Source: an uncultured delta proteobacterium
Lineage (GTDB): Bacteria > Myxococcota_A > Polyangia > Polyangiales > Polyangiaceae
Direction: 5' to 3'
Assembly (NCBI GenBank): GCA_963696385.1
Contig: CAVOKF010000004.1
Coordinates: forward strand, 832,001-896,000
DNA: 64,000 nt
Of this stretch, positions 21,108 through 31,616 are shown in pieces. The stretch's first letter is position 1; each line of letters begins with the position of its first letter. The position numbers were made by a program, and so were the translations under genes. Under the pieces are notes generated by a model. The model was not told the DNA's origin. It did not search any database and was given only the letters and a program-made list of their open reading frames with translations.

Positions 21108-21526
21108 AGTGGGTCCTCGCCTTGCCAAGCGCGCGAGCGCGCCGCCGACTGACTCTGCGGTTTATCACACGAGTCGCCGAGACGCTCGGGTCATCCAGCG
21201 GCTTTGTCAGATTTCGTTCGTTTTATGAACGGGCTGTAGTCCGACGTCCACACTGAATCGTCGACCGCGCCGACCCCCGCCTTCGAACGGCTTTGGCGCG
21301 GCGGACGGTGCTGTCGAACGCGAATGCCGGCGGCCCGAGGGATTCGACACCAAGAATCGACAACACGATATTGAGGCAAATCAATCCAAAGGATCCCACG
21401 AATGAGGCATTGACGTCGATCGATGGGACGGCGCTCGCCGCGCCGACGGACGCCCTAACGACGTCGCACGTGAACTTGCCGGTCGGGGTGGGTAAGGTCG
21501 AGGTCGGGGCTCCTCCGTCGGCCGGT

Positions 21527-22771
21527 TTAGGGTGTATCGGGCGTGGTCGCGGCAACCCCCTCAGCGCGCAAGATCATTTTTTGAATGCAACAATGCAGAC
21601 CATCGATGGATGCGATGGGCGCCGAAAAATAGTCGGTGGCCCCGCGGACCGAGGGCCGACAAGCGTCCGGGTCGGATGATGCGAAGGCGAGCGTGGTCGA
21701 CGTGAAGATCACGTCCGAGACAGGCTGCTGCGAGTGCTCTTCGATGAAAAACTCGGCGACGTCCTGCAGTTGGCCCAGCATATCGATGCTGTAGGTCACG
21801 GCCGTGCCGGTGCGCGCATCGGTGACGGTCTGAACCCAGTTTTCTACGCCGAGAGTCATCGAAATGACAAGGGTGTCTCCGACCTGTACGTCCATGCCCG
21901 GACCGCCGTGGCACCCTCCGTAGCTCGGGTAGTAGGGCGATGCCGCGGATAGGAACGTGTTCACGTACTGGCCGGAGATCCACCACGACCCGTACGGGTC
22001 CCCGTCCGGAGCGTTCGGCGCGCATGTGGGGCCCCAGGTGAGGACCGGTTGCAGCACGCCATTGTCGAGGGGCTGGTCATTGGCGCCGGGCCCGTCCGGC
22101 TGCAGTCCGGGCCACAAGAAGAGCGTGCCGGACGCCGGCGGCTGGACGGGCACAGTGAGGGTGGTGTCGAGGGCCACGATTTGGTTCTGCGCCGAGGTCG
22201 CCAACGATATGAACCCATAGCCCGTTGCCCGAGTGCTGGATCCCGGAGCATTGCTCGCCGGGTAGGTCAGCCCGCCCGCGCATGGGCTGGGGTCATCGCT
22301 CGCGTCGGCACCGGATCCGTCGACCGCCCCGTCCTTCGCCGGTTCGCCGTCTCCATCCGCGGCCGCACCCGCCTCCGGATCGGAATCCGGACCGGCGCCC
22401 GCGTCTCGGATCGCACCGGCCGCGTCAAGGACCGATCTTTCATTGGGATCGGGTTTCGTGCCCGCCTCCAGGGTGGATCCGCCATCGGCGTTTTGCACGG
22501 CCGCATCGGCGTACCCGGTCGCCGCTTGCCCGCCGGTGTCGCCGTCGTTTGCCGGCACCGGCATCGAGCTCTCGGAGGCGGCTTCGCTGTCAATCCCCCC
22601 GAGCCCGTCGGAACCCGTATCGCTGGGCCCACCCGCGGGTGGCCCGGCTTCGGCCGACGGCCCGCTCGACGAGCCGCAGCCAATCGACAGGGTGAGGCAC
22701 ACAAGTCCCGCCACGCCCGCGCAACCTCCGCGACGATCGGACGACAGCCCCAAGCCCCTGGAGTTCTTCAT
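21527..22771 (-). CDS. Stalked lipoprotein with concanavalin-A/peptidase-G1-like C-terminal domain
   Basis: Lipobox IGC, acidic DAG-rich linker, LTVP..P, LWPGLQ, VLQPV, V.VGD.L and AEFFIEE. Confidence 0.55.
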   Translation of the reverse strand: MKNSRGLGLSSDRRGGCAGVAGLVCLTLSIGCGSSSGPSAEAGPPAGGPSDTGSDGLGGIDSEAASESSMPVPANDGDTGGQAATGYADAAVQNADGGSTLEAGTKPDPNERSVLDAAGAIRDAGAGPDSDPEAGAAADGDGEPAKDGAVDGSGADASDDPSPCAGGLTYPASNAPGSSTRATGYGFISLATSAQNQIVALDTTLTVPVQPPASGTLFLWPGLQPDGPGANDQPLDNGVLQPVLTWGPTCAPNAPDGDPYGSWWISGQYVNTFLSAASPYYPSYGGCHGGPGMDVQVGDTLVISMTLGVENWVQTVTDARTGTAVTYSIDMLGQLQDVAEFFIEEHSQQPVSDVIFTSTTLAFASSDPDACRPSVRGATDYFSAPIASIDGLHCCIQKMILRAEGVAATTPDTP

Positions 22772-22962
22772 TGGACGGAGAAACGGCCCGTGGGGCCCGC
22801 GGATCAAGAGGCGGTCGGTCCGCGGCAGGCCCGAGGTCCCCTCACCCACATGCCGACACGGGCAGGCCGGTGCGCTCACGTGTTCGGCCGGCTTCCGTCA
22901 TGCGACGCGTAGGTCGCCGGTCGCGCCGAAGAAGACCCGCGCATCGGAATGGAGGGGGGCCA

Positions 22963-23968
22963 TCAGTGTTTTTCCTCGTGTCCACCAAACTCGTATCGCA
23001 TCGCAGACAGCAGCTTGTTGGCGAAATCCTCGTCGCCGCGCGAAGCCAACCGCTGAGCGAGCGCAGTGCTCAGGACAGGGGCGGGCACTCCCTCGTCGAT
23101 AGCCGCCTGGAGAGTCCAGCGCCCCTCGCCGGAGTCGGACACGCGACCGGCGAATCCAGCGAGGTCAGGGCTTTTCTTCAGCGCGGGCGGCGGTCAGATC
23201 GAGAAGCCATGAACCGATGACGCTGCCATGCCTCCAGGCTTCGGCGATGTCGGGCAGGTTCAAGTCGTACCGGTAGAGTTCGGGGTGCCGGAGCGGGGCC
23301 GTCTCGGCGTCGGCCGTGCGCTTGGCATTTCCGGCGTTGGCATGGCGAAGAATGTTGAGTCCCTCGGCGTACGCGGCCATGACGCCGTATTCGATCCCGT
23401 TGTGAACCATCTTGACGAAATGTCCCGCGCCGGACGGCCCGCAATGGATGTAACCCCGCTGAGCGGTGCCGTTGCCATCGGAAGGCGACGGGGGCCCGCC
23501 CTCGAGTCCGGGCGCCAGCGCGGCAAAGAACCCGTCGAGCCTTTTCACAACCGCGGGATCGCCCCCAATCATGAGGCAGTAACCGCGCTCGAAGCCCCAG
23601 ACGCCACCGGACGTGCCGGCGTCGACGTAGTGGATGCCGCTCTTGCCGAGCGTCTCGGCTCGGCGGATGTCGTCGTGATAGTAGGAGTTGCCCCCGTCGA
23701 TCACGGCATCGTCGGCCGCGAGCAGCGGCACGAGGTCGCCGAGTGTCGACTCGACGACAGCGGCCGGCACCATGATCCAGATCGCGCGCGGCTTGTCCAG
23801 CTTGCCAACCAACTCGGCAAGCGAGCGGGTTGCCGTCGCGCCCGCTTTGACCAGATCTTGCGCCGCCTGTGGGTGGACGTCGAACACCACGCATTCGTGG
23901 CCGGCCCGAAGAAGCCGACGAACCATGTTGGACCCCATCCGTCCGAGCCCGATCATTCCGATTTTCAT
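22963..23968 (-). CDS. gnd: 6-phosphogluconate dehydrogenase (short type), one extra base near 23186
   Basis: IGLGRMG, DGGNS, SGG..G, GHFVKMVHNGIEYG, SWLLDL. The adjacent frame continues VSDSGEGRW...NKLLSAMRYEFGGH to a stop at 22963. Confidence 0.93.
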
Positions 23969-24147
23969 CTCGTCCTCTTTCGTTTCAGGCGCCTCCGCCG
24001 GACGCGGCCGCGCGCCGATGTGGAACGCAGAGCATCCGGCGTGGGGCATGCAACGCCGACGCCAGATGTCCGCCGCCGGTGATACAGCCCTAGCAGGCGG
24101 CGTCGGAGTTTGGAGAGCGCGCGTTCCGGGTCCGCGCTCGAGCGGAT

Positions 24148-24903
24148 CTACCGGTGTCCGCCGCCGCCATGACCGCCGCCGCCACCATGACCGCCGCCGC
24201 CATGACCGCCGCCGTGGAACCCACCGCGCCCGAAGGCCCCGGACCGATGAATCAGGATGCCCGCGCCGAAATTTTGATAGGGGGCGCCTCCATAGGACCA
24301 ATCGGCATTTATCCAGAACGGACCTCCCCAGTAGTAGTTTGGACCGTAGTCCCAATCGTCGTATCCACCGTAGTCGGGCTCCACCATGAGCCGCTCGAAC
24401 GGCGTCCGCTCGACGACGACGCCCGAGGCTGTCGTCACCCGCCAAAGGGCGTCAAACTCGGGTAACACGTCCGCGTGCTGGACGTCCGAGGGCAGCAAGA
24501 AGAAGAGATCGACGATTCGCTTCGCGTTCGGTTCCACGGTGACTAAAGGAGGCGGTGCCCCGGAGTTCGCCGAGGCGAACGCAGGCGCGATGGGCCCGTG
24601 ACCGTTGAGGTCGAGCCGCTGCTCTCGCGTGTCGAACGTCCAAGGTGCGGAGCCGTTGTCCGCCATGACGATGCGCAAGTGGAGGGCGCGATGAATCTCA
24701 TTGGGCGAACTCTTCGGTGAGACGTCGGTGATTCCGTAGGATGCGATCCGCACATCGCCCTGCGGCGCATTGGCAGGGACGGGGTAGTCGGCCGCGACGT
24801 TGCCCTGCATGCTCGCCGTGGCGTTCGTCGTCGGTACGTATTCATATCGGGAAGCACACCCGGCGGCGATGAGAAGCGGGAGAATGGTCCTGAAACGAGG
24901 CAT
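24148..24903 (-). CDS. Hypothetical lipoprotein with Tyr/Trp-rich segment and Gly-His repeat tail
   Basis: Lipobox AAGC; C-terminus FHGGGHGGGGHGGGGGHGGGGHR. Confidence 0.7.
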   Translation of the reverse strand: MPRFRTILPLLIAAGCASRYEYVPTTNATASMQGNVAADYPVPANAPQGDVRIASYGITDVSPKSSPNEIHRALHLRIVMADNGSAPWTFDTREQRLDLNGHGPIAPAFASANSGAPPPLVTVEPNAKRIVDLFFLLPSDVQHADVLPEFDALWRVTTASGVVVERTPFERLMVEPDYGGYDDWDYGPNYYWGGPFWINADWSYGGAPYQNFGAGILIHRSGAFGRGGFHGGGHGGGGHGGGGGHGGGGHR

Positions 24904-25123
24904 GCGAACCGGCATGCAATGGCCGGTCCGCGGCTGATTGCAGCCGAGCGGGAGGCCAGCCCAGTTCCGTCGTCTTCCGAGGTCGTGAGCGAGCAATTTC
25001 CGAAGCGCTTGTTTCACGAAAATGAGCGAGGCGAGGGTCGCCGTGGTGTGCGGCGACGCGACTTCTCGCAAGGGTCCCGTCCGATCCCCGGCCCGCCCCA
25101 CTCCGTGCCAACGTGGGCACCTT

Positions 25124-25333
25124 TCAAGGATGCTTGGCCGCACAGACCCCGTCGTCACATAAGATCGTGCAGCAATCGCTGGCCTTAACACACCTCGCAC
25201 CAATGTCTCGGCATCGGCCCATGCCCGGCGGATTGATAACCCCCGGGCCCGAGGCGGTGGAGTCCGAACACGCGAACACAACCATCACCAGGAAAACGGC
25301 GGTGCTCCACCGAATTGCGCATCGGGCAATCAT
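25124..25333 (-). CDS. Small lipoprotein with C-C-CC-C-C (cystine-knot-like) motif
   Basis: Hydrophobic segment ending FAC, then CRDIGARCVKASDCCTILCDDGVC; sigma54-like promoter upstream. Start uncertain. Confidence 0.6.
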   Translation of the reverse strand: MIARCAIRWSTAVFLVMVVFACSDSTASGPGVINPPGMGRCRDIGARCVKASDCCTILCDDGVCAAKHP

Positions 25334-25346
25334 AGCGCCTGAATGA

Positions 25347-25361
25347 GCAATTGTCATGCCA
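25347..25361 (-). promoter_or_regulatory. sigma54 -24/-12 promoter
   Basis: Minus strand TGGCATGACAATTGC (GG-N10-GC). Confidence 0.7.
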
Positions 25362-25426
25362 ATGCCGAACGCAGGAGCGGCGCCAGCGCCCGGTCGGCTT
25401 CGGCGACGTGCCGCAAGGCGAAGGAC

Positions 25427-25466
25427 GATCGGGAAAATTTCCCACTGCCCGATCGGGAAAATTTCC
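25427..25466. promoter_or_regulatory. Tandem 16-bp direct repeat GATCGGGAAAATTTCC, candidate enhancer for a sigma54 activator
   Basis: Two identical copies 24 bp apart, lying between divergent sigma54-like promoters. Related copies occur at 33128-33168. Confidence 0.65.
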
Positions 25467-25630
25467 TATGGCGCCCGGTGGCGCCCTGCTCGAGATCGTC
25501 ACCTTGGGCCTGCCTGCAAGCTGGCACGTCCCGTGCTCGTTCGCTTCGCGCTCATAGGGTACCGCGCTCAGCCGCTCGCCAGTCGGCCCGTTCGAGCTCG
25601 CTCCCCATCGCGCCGCGTTCCAACTGGCCA

Positions 25631-25645
25631 TGGCACAAGGATTGT
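25631..25645 (+). promoter_or_regulatory. sigma54-like -24/-12 promoter of the RND operon
   Basis: TGGCACAAGGATTGT (TGGCAC-N5-TTG, with GT instead of GC at -12). Confidence 0.55.
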
Positions 25646-25654
25646 GATTTGCCC

Positions 25655-26890
25655 ATGGACATGCCGGTCGTTTCCACTGTGCGCGATTCCGGCAACTCGT
25701 TGGCCGGTCCGAAGGTTAAAAGTCGGGTTCGATTCATACCCCTCGTGATCGCCGCCGGGGTCCTCGGGGTGCTAGCGGGCGGTTGGGCGCTCCTATATCG
25801 CGCGGACTCGAGGGTCAACAAGGTGGCACTCGCGTCCACGCCAAAGCCGGTCACCGTGTTGACGGCGAAAGGGGAGCCGTATCGTGCGGTGCATATCTAT
25901 GTGGGAACGCTCCGCCCTTGGGTCGACGCCAAGGTCGGCCCCCAGTTCATCTCGGCCTATGTGGAGACCGTACTCGTGCGTCCTGGGGCGGTCGTCAAGA
26001 AAGGGGAAGTCCTCGCCACTCTGGACTGCCGGTATGCCAACGCTCAGACCTCGGCAATCTCTTCGCAAGCGAAAGCCATCGCCGCCCAACAGCAGGCCAT
26101 TTCGCACGAAGCGACGCGCACGCAATCCCTCTTGGACGGGGGCTTTGTGTCCCCCAACGAGTCGGAACTGATTACGGCCAAGAGCGCCGCCGAGGCCAGC
26201 GAACTCGCCGCCGAGCAAGCGACCCTCATCAAGAGTGGCTTGGACGTCAACGACTGCATCTTGCGGGCGCCGTTCGACGGGGAGGTTTCGCTTCGACTCG
26301 TCGACCCTGGATCCTTCGTCCGTCCCAGCACGGAGATGATCGGTGTCGTCGATCGGAATACCGTCCGAATGACCGCCGATGCGCCGGAGAGCGACTTTGA
26401 CGCCATTGCCCCGGGCGCCAAAGTCACGGTCCGCGTCGTCGCGCTCAATCTCGATATTCCCGCCAGCATCACGCGGCGCGCCCCCAGCGCGGACCCGGGC
26501 ACGCGGACGGTCCACTTCGAGATCGACCTCGACGATTCCGACCGACACATTCCTGTCGACACCACAGGCGAAGTTCATCTCCCCGTAGGCCAACCTGTGC
26601 CCGCTACGGCGGTTCCGCTCTCGGCCGTCAGTATCAGTGACAAGAAGGCCACGCTCTATACCGTCGATGGCGGCGTGGCCCACGCTCGCACGCTGATCGA
26701 GATGGGCGAGGTCGGGCCGAACGTCTTCTTTCCCCCCGACGTTCTGAGGCCCGGAAGCCTGATCGTCGTCGAGGGCCGCGCTCTCCTCAAAGACGGGGAT
26801 CCTGTCGTTGCGAAGCCGGCCCAAACGGAGCCGACCGGGGCTGCAAGCAATGTCACGCAGAGTCCCCAGTCGGCGGGGACCAAACCATGA
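25655..26890 (+). CDS. RND efflux periplasmic adaptor (MFP)
   Basis: TM anchor, V.V.PG.VVKKGEVLA.LD, RAPFDG.V and AD..TRT. Confidence 0.9.
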   Translation: MDMPVVSTVRDSGNSLAGPKVKSRVRFIPLVIAAGVLGVLAGGWALLYRADSRVNKVALASTPKPVTVLTAKGEPYRAVHIYVGTLRPWVDAKVGPQFISAYVETVLVRPGAVVKKGEVLATLDCRYANAQTSAISSQAKAIAAQQQAISHEATRTQSLLDGGFVSPNESELITAKSAAEASELAAEQATLIKSGLDVNDCILRAPFDGEVSLRLVDPGSFVRPSTEMIGVVDRNTVRMTADAPESDFDAIAPGAKVTVRVVALNLDIPASITRRAPSADPGTRTVHFEIDLDDSDRHIPVDTTGEVHLPVGQPVPATAVPLSAVSISDKKATLYTVDGGVAHARTLIEMGEVGPNVFFPPDVLRPGSLIVVEGRALLKDGDPVVAKPAQTEPTGAASNVTQSPQSAGTKP

Positions 26891-29800
26891 CCGGGCTCGC
26901 GCTTCGAAACCCCATCGCCATCCTGATGCTTTGCATCGGCCTCATGGTCTTCGCGGCGGTCGTGACTCCGCGCATGAGCATCGACACGTTCCCCGAGTTG
27001 ACCCCGCCGGTACTCGTCATCGGTACGCTCTGCCCCGGTCTCGGCCCGGAAGACGTCGAGAGCACGATTTCGTGGCGTCTCGAGAAATACGTGAGTTCGA
27101 CGCCGGGCGTAGACCACGTGCAGAGCATTTCCCGCAACGGGTTCTCCATCATCTACGTCTGGCTGCAGTGGGGGACCGACCTCAACTCGTCGCAGACATT
27201 GGTTCAGTCCTCGGTCGGCTTTGCGATGGCGGCCGTCCCCAAGAGTCTCGGCGTCCTGCCTCCATTCGTTCTTCAGTACGACCCGTCCAACGCACCGGTC
27301 GTACAGGTCGTGGTCACCGGCGAGGGCTACACCGGGCCGCAGCTCTACGACTATGCCTTCAACTACATCGAGCCCCTCATCGAAGGCATTTCGGGCGTCG
27401 CGAGCGCGGCCCCCGACGGCGGTCGCATGCGCCAGATCAACGTGATCGTCGACCCCGTCAAGGCGCAAGGCAGACGCGTCACCGCACAGGACGTCTCGAG
27501 CGCCGTGGCCCTGTCGAACGCGCTGCTGCCATCCGGCGAGCTCATTTCGAAGTTTTTCGATGCGAACGTCTACACCGACGCCGTGCCCAAGCGCGTCAAG
27601 ACGATCGGTGACGCGCCCATGAAAATGGTGGGCGACAAGGCCGTCCTCATCAAAGACGTCGCCAGGGTCGAGGACGGGGGACTCCGCCCGTCCAGTCGGT
27701 CTCGGTGGACGGCAAGGAGGCGGTCTATTTGAATGTCTTACGCATCCCCGGAGGCAACACACTCAAGATCGTCGAGGCCGTATACAAGATCGTCAAGAAT
27801 CTACCCAACTTGCCGCCCGGGATGAAGGTGACGGCCGCCTTCGATCAATCGACGTTCGTGAAAACGACCTTCAGCGGGCTCAAGCGCGAGATCGTCCAGG
27901 CGCTTGTCCTCATCAGCATCGTGATCTTGCTATTTCTTCAAAGCCTTCGGGGCACACTCATCGTCTCGGCGGCGATCCCGCTCTCGTTCGCGATCACGCT
28001 GATCATTCTGTACGCCTCCGGCGAGACGTTGAACGCGTTCACGCTCGGCGGACTCACGTTGGCGATGGGACGGCTCGTCGACGATGCGGTCGTGGTGCTC
28101 GAGTCGATCCACCGGCATCAACGCGGCGGCATGAGTGCGCGGCAAGCGGCCCTCGAAGGCACCAACGCCGTCGCTCTGCCCGTGCTCGCTTCGACCTTGA
28201 CGACCATGGCCGTGCTCCTTCCGGTTCTGCTTCTGGCGGGCCTTGCGAAGAAGCTCTTTGCGCCCTTGGCCCTCACGGTCGCGGTCGCCATGATCGCGTC
28301 CTACTTCGTCAGCATGGCCGTGACGCCGGTCGCGTGCCGCTACTTTCTAGGCCATGCCGAACACAAGGGCTTCTGGAAGAAGATCGAAGCTTTCGTCGAC
28401 CGAACCGCGGAAAAATACTCGATCCTTCTTTCGCACGTGTTGCCGTTCCGCGCGACGGTGATGGGTGGGGCCGCCGTGCTCGTCGTGGCATCGGTTGTGG
28501 CGGCGGCGCGCCTGCCCACGACGTTCTTTCCCGCGATCGACGAGTCGATGGCGCAAATCTACGTGCGCTTCGCTGCCGGGACCTCACTCGACGACGCCAC
28601 GCGCGAGATCAAGGCGATGGGCACCGCGCTCAAGGCGGGTCTTCCCGCGGGTGTGGTCGAGATGGTCATCGAGAACCTCGGGGCCCCCCAAAACGCCCGG
28701 AGCGCGCTGGTCAGTCCCAACGTCGCGCCGAATACAGGATACTTGCGCCTGCAGTTTAGCGACCCCGACGATCGGAAATTTTCGCAGGATGAGCTCGGGG
28801 CGAAAGCGCGAGAGATTCTCAATCGCGAGTTCCCGGGTGTCGAGGTGCTCGTTTACCCCGGCGGGCTCGTGGCCAGCGTATTCGCCAATGGGTACACGGC
28901 GCCGCTTGCCATCGAAGTGCGCGGCAACAGCCTGCAGCGGTTGCATGAATCCGCCAGCGCGATCGCCGACGTCGCGAGGACCATCGCCGGCGTGCGCGAC
29001 GTCCGACTCTCCGTGCAGCTCAACTACCCGGAAATCCACGTCAATACCAATCGTCAGACGGCCGGTTTCGTGGGCGTCGACGCTCGCGCTGCCGCGCAGA
29101 CTACGCTCGACGGAACCCTCGGGAACATCAACCTCCCGAGCGTATGGATCGACCCGCACAATGGCCAATCTTACTATGTCGTCACCTATTACGATCCGCA
29201 CAGCGTGACCGAAACCCAGCAACTCGCGGAGCTGCCCGTGCGCGTCGACCCCGAGGGGCGCCCGGTTCTACTGGGTGCGTACGGCGACGTCGTTCGCGAA
29301 ACCGGACCGATCGCCGTCGAGCGAAACCATCTGGAGCGGGCGCTCCACGTGTATATGCAAACGGAGGGACGCGACATCGGCAGCGTCTCGAAGGACTTGG
29401 ACGCGGCGCTCGCGAAAACGCCCGCGACCCGTGACCTGAAGTACGACTGGGTTGGAGAGACGGATCTGATGAGGACGACGTTCTCCGGGCTCGGGCTCGC
29501 CTTGGGTCTCGCGGTGATGGTCGTATTCATGATCATGGCCTCTCAGTTCAAGTCTCTGCGCCTGCCGTTCGTCATGCTCTTCACCATCCCCGTGGCACTC
29601 GTGGGGATCGTCCTTGCCCTGCTGTCGGAGGGGCAAGGGTTCTCGATCACGGCGCTCATGGGAATCTTGATGGTTATCGGCATTGCCGTATCGAACGGCA
29701 TTCTTCTCGTCGACGACGCGAACACACGCCTCCGAGACGGCAAGGAGAAAGCTGTGGCCATCGTCGAGGCCGCGAGATCGAGATTCGTTCCCATCCTCAT

Positions 29801-30038
29801 GACGAGTCTCGCCACCGTGATCGGGCTTGTCCCAACGGCGCTTGGCCTGGAGAAAGGTTCCGAGGCGAACCAGCCGCTCGCGCTCTCCGTCGTCGGGGGA
29901 CTCACCTCGTCGACCTTCTTGTCGCTCTTTCTCGTCCCCGTGATGTTCATGCTGTTTGCGAAAGAGCATCCCGACAAGGATGACGACGAAGAGAAGGAAC
30001 ACGGGCATCCTGCGGGCGACTTGGCACCTGCCGAGTGA
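26887..30038 (+). CDS. RND efflux permease (AcrB/CusA superfamily), split by a missing G in the G-run at 27676-27680
   Basis: ID.FP, GRLVDDAVVVLE, NGILLVD, R..PILMTSLA and PLA..VVGGL. Adding one G joins EDGG to TPPVQSVSVDGKEAV. Confidence 0.9.
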
Positions 30039-30134
30039 GGGGGCACGCCCGCGGTGAGACACATGCGGCTGAGCGCCGACACGGGATGGCCGTTTCGCAC
30101 AGGGAAACGTCCAAGGGGCCTACTCGACTAGGGG

Positions 30135-31490
30135 CTAGCTTTCACCATCGTCGTTGATCCATTTGGCCAGTGTCTTGCTGTCGACCTCGAGTGCTTCCGC
30201 GGTTCGCCTCTTGTGCCCGCCCAATCGCTCGAGCGCCCATACCGCGTAACGCTTCTGGATCTCCCGAATCGGAAGGACGCCGGGGCCGAAGCCGCTGGGC
30301 ATCGGGACCGGCGTCGGGCCCGCGACGGTCGCGGGCAACTCGGACGGGGTCACCTCGCAGGTGCGCGCGAGGACGACGACCCGCTCGATCGCGTGCGCGA
30401 GCTCCCGGACATTGCCCGGCCAGGGATGTTCGACGAGCTTCGCCATCGCTTCACGCGAGAAACGTTCGACCGGCGACTGCGGATGTTTCTCCTTCGCACG
30501 CGTGAGCATCCGCTGGGCAAGCAGCGGAATGTCCTCGGGGCGATGCCTGAGCGGGGGAATCTCGATGGTCACGACGTCGAGGCGATAGAACAGATCTTCT
30601 CGAAATGTGCCGAGGCCGACCCGTTGGCGCAGATCGCGGTGGGTGGCCGCGACGACCCGAACGTCGATTCGCCGTTCCTTGCTGGCGCCGACCGCTCGCA
30701 CGGTCTCACTCTCGAGAACATGCAGAAGCTTCGCCTGCAGGGCCGCGGACATCTCGCCGATCTCATCGAGCAGAAGGGTGCCCCCGCTCGCCTCCGCGAA
30801 CAAACCGTCGCGCGCCGAGGTCGCGCCCGTAAACGCACCCCGGACGTGTCCGAAGAGCTCGCTTTCGAGCAAGGTCTCTGGAAGGGCCGCGCAATTCACG
30901 GCGACAAATGGGCCATCGACGCGAGGGCTGTTCGAGTGGATGGCGCGAGCCAAGGCCGACTTGCCGGTTCCGGTTTCGCCCACCAGCAGCACGGGCGTCG
31001 CCACGGGGGCAACGCGTGTCACGACCTCGAAGACCTCGCGCATGGCTGCACTTGTCCCGATGAGACTGCCGAGCGCAGACTCCGCGCGAAGGGTCGTACG
31101 CAGAGTGCGCGCTTCGCCCCGCAAACGCCTGTCGTCCATCGCGCGGCCGAGAAAGAGAACCAACTCGCTGACGGCAAAGGGCTTGGTGAGATAGTGGTAG
31201 GCGCCTTGCCGAATGGCTTCGATGGCGGTCTCTACGGCCCCATACGCGGTCATGACGATGACGGGACGCTCTCGAGCGGCGGCACGGGATCGGGCGAGCA
31301 AGCCCATGCCGTCGATGCCCGGCATGCGCAGATCGGTGACCAAGGCGTCGATTGGTTCCGTTTCGAGCCGCCTTGCCGCCTCTTCGCTCGAAGCGCACGG
31401 CTCCGCATCGTAGCCCCGTTCGCGAAGACTCTCCGACAGAGTGACGGCGAGATCGAGGTCGTCATCGACCAAGAGAACGTGCGGCAACAT
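30135..31490 (-). CDS. sigma54-dependent response regulator (REC-AAA+-HTH, NtrC/AtoC type)
   Basis: LLVDDD and TDLRMP receiver, GETGTGKS, ESELFGH.RGAFTGA, LLDEI, WPGNVREL, HTH. Confidence 0.95.
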   Translation of the reverse strand: MLPHVLLVDDDLDLAVTLSESLRERGYDAEPCASSEEAARRLETEPIDALVTDLRMPGIDGMGLLARSRAAARERPVIVMTAYGAVETAIEAIRQGAYHYLTKPFAVSELVLFLGRAMDDRRLRGEARTLRTTLRAESALGSLIGTSAAMREVFEVVTRVAPVATPVLLVGETGTGKSALARAIHSNSPRVDGPFVAVNCAALPETLLESELFGHVRGAFTGATSARDGLFAEASGGTLLLDEIGEMSAALQAKLLHVLESETVRAVGASKERRIDVRVVAATHRDLRQRVGLGTFREDLFYRLDVVTIEIPPLRHRPEDIPLLAQRMLTRAKEKHPQSPVERFSREAMAKLVEHPWPGNVRELAHAIERVVVLARTCEVTPSELPATVAGPTPVPMPSGFGPGVLPIREIQKRYAVWALERLGGHKRRTAEALEVDSKTLAKWINDDGES

Positions 31491-31616
31491 GATTGCGGCC
31501 CAAGTACTCGTAGCGCTGTCCGTCCACCGCGTCTTGGCAGAAAGCCTACACGAGCTCATCCAAACAATCAGCGCTCCGGCCCGCGATAGCGTGGCCGTGT
31601 TCCTGGCCCTGTGGCG

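Noticed and set aside
21216..21230. GTTCG-N5-TGAAC IclR-like inverted repeat upstream of the CE12 gene
   Set aside because: It is a single short imperfect site, with no cognate regulator nearby and no repeat seen before the other CAZymes.
21223..21555. Possible lipoprotein fragment (DGGAPTSTLPTPTG) between the CE12 and G1-like genes
   Set aside because: Only low-complexity resemblance, with no credible start or family motif.
22963..30038. Calling gnd and the RND permease (and likewise the kinase and cheA) true pseudogenes
   Set aside because: Each has one indel with otherwise intact motifs, in short-run or recurring contexts, so sequencing error is the simpler explanation.
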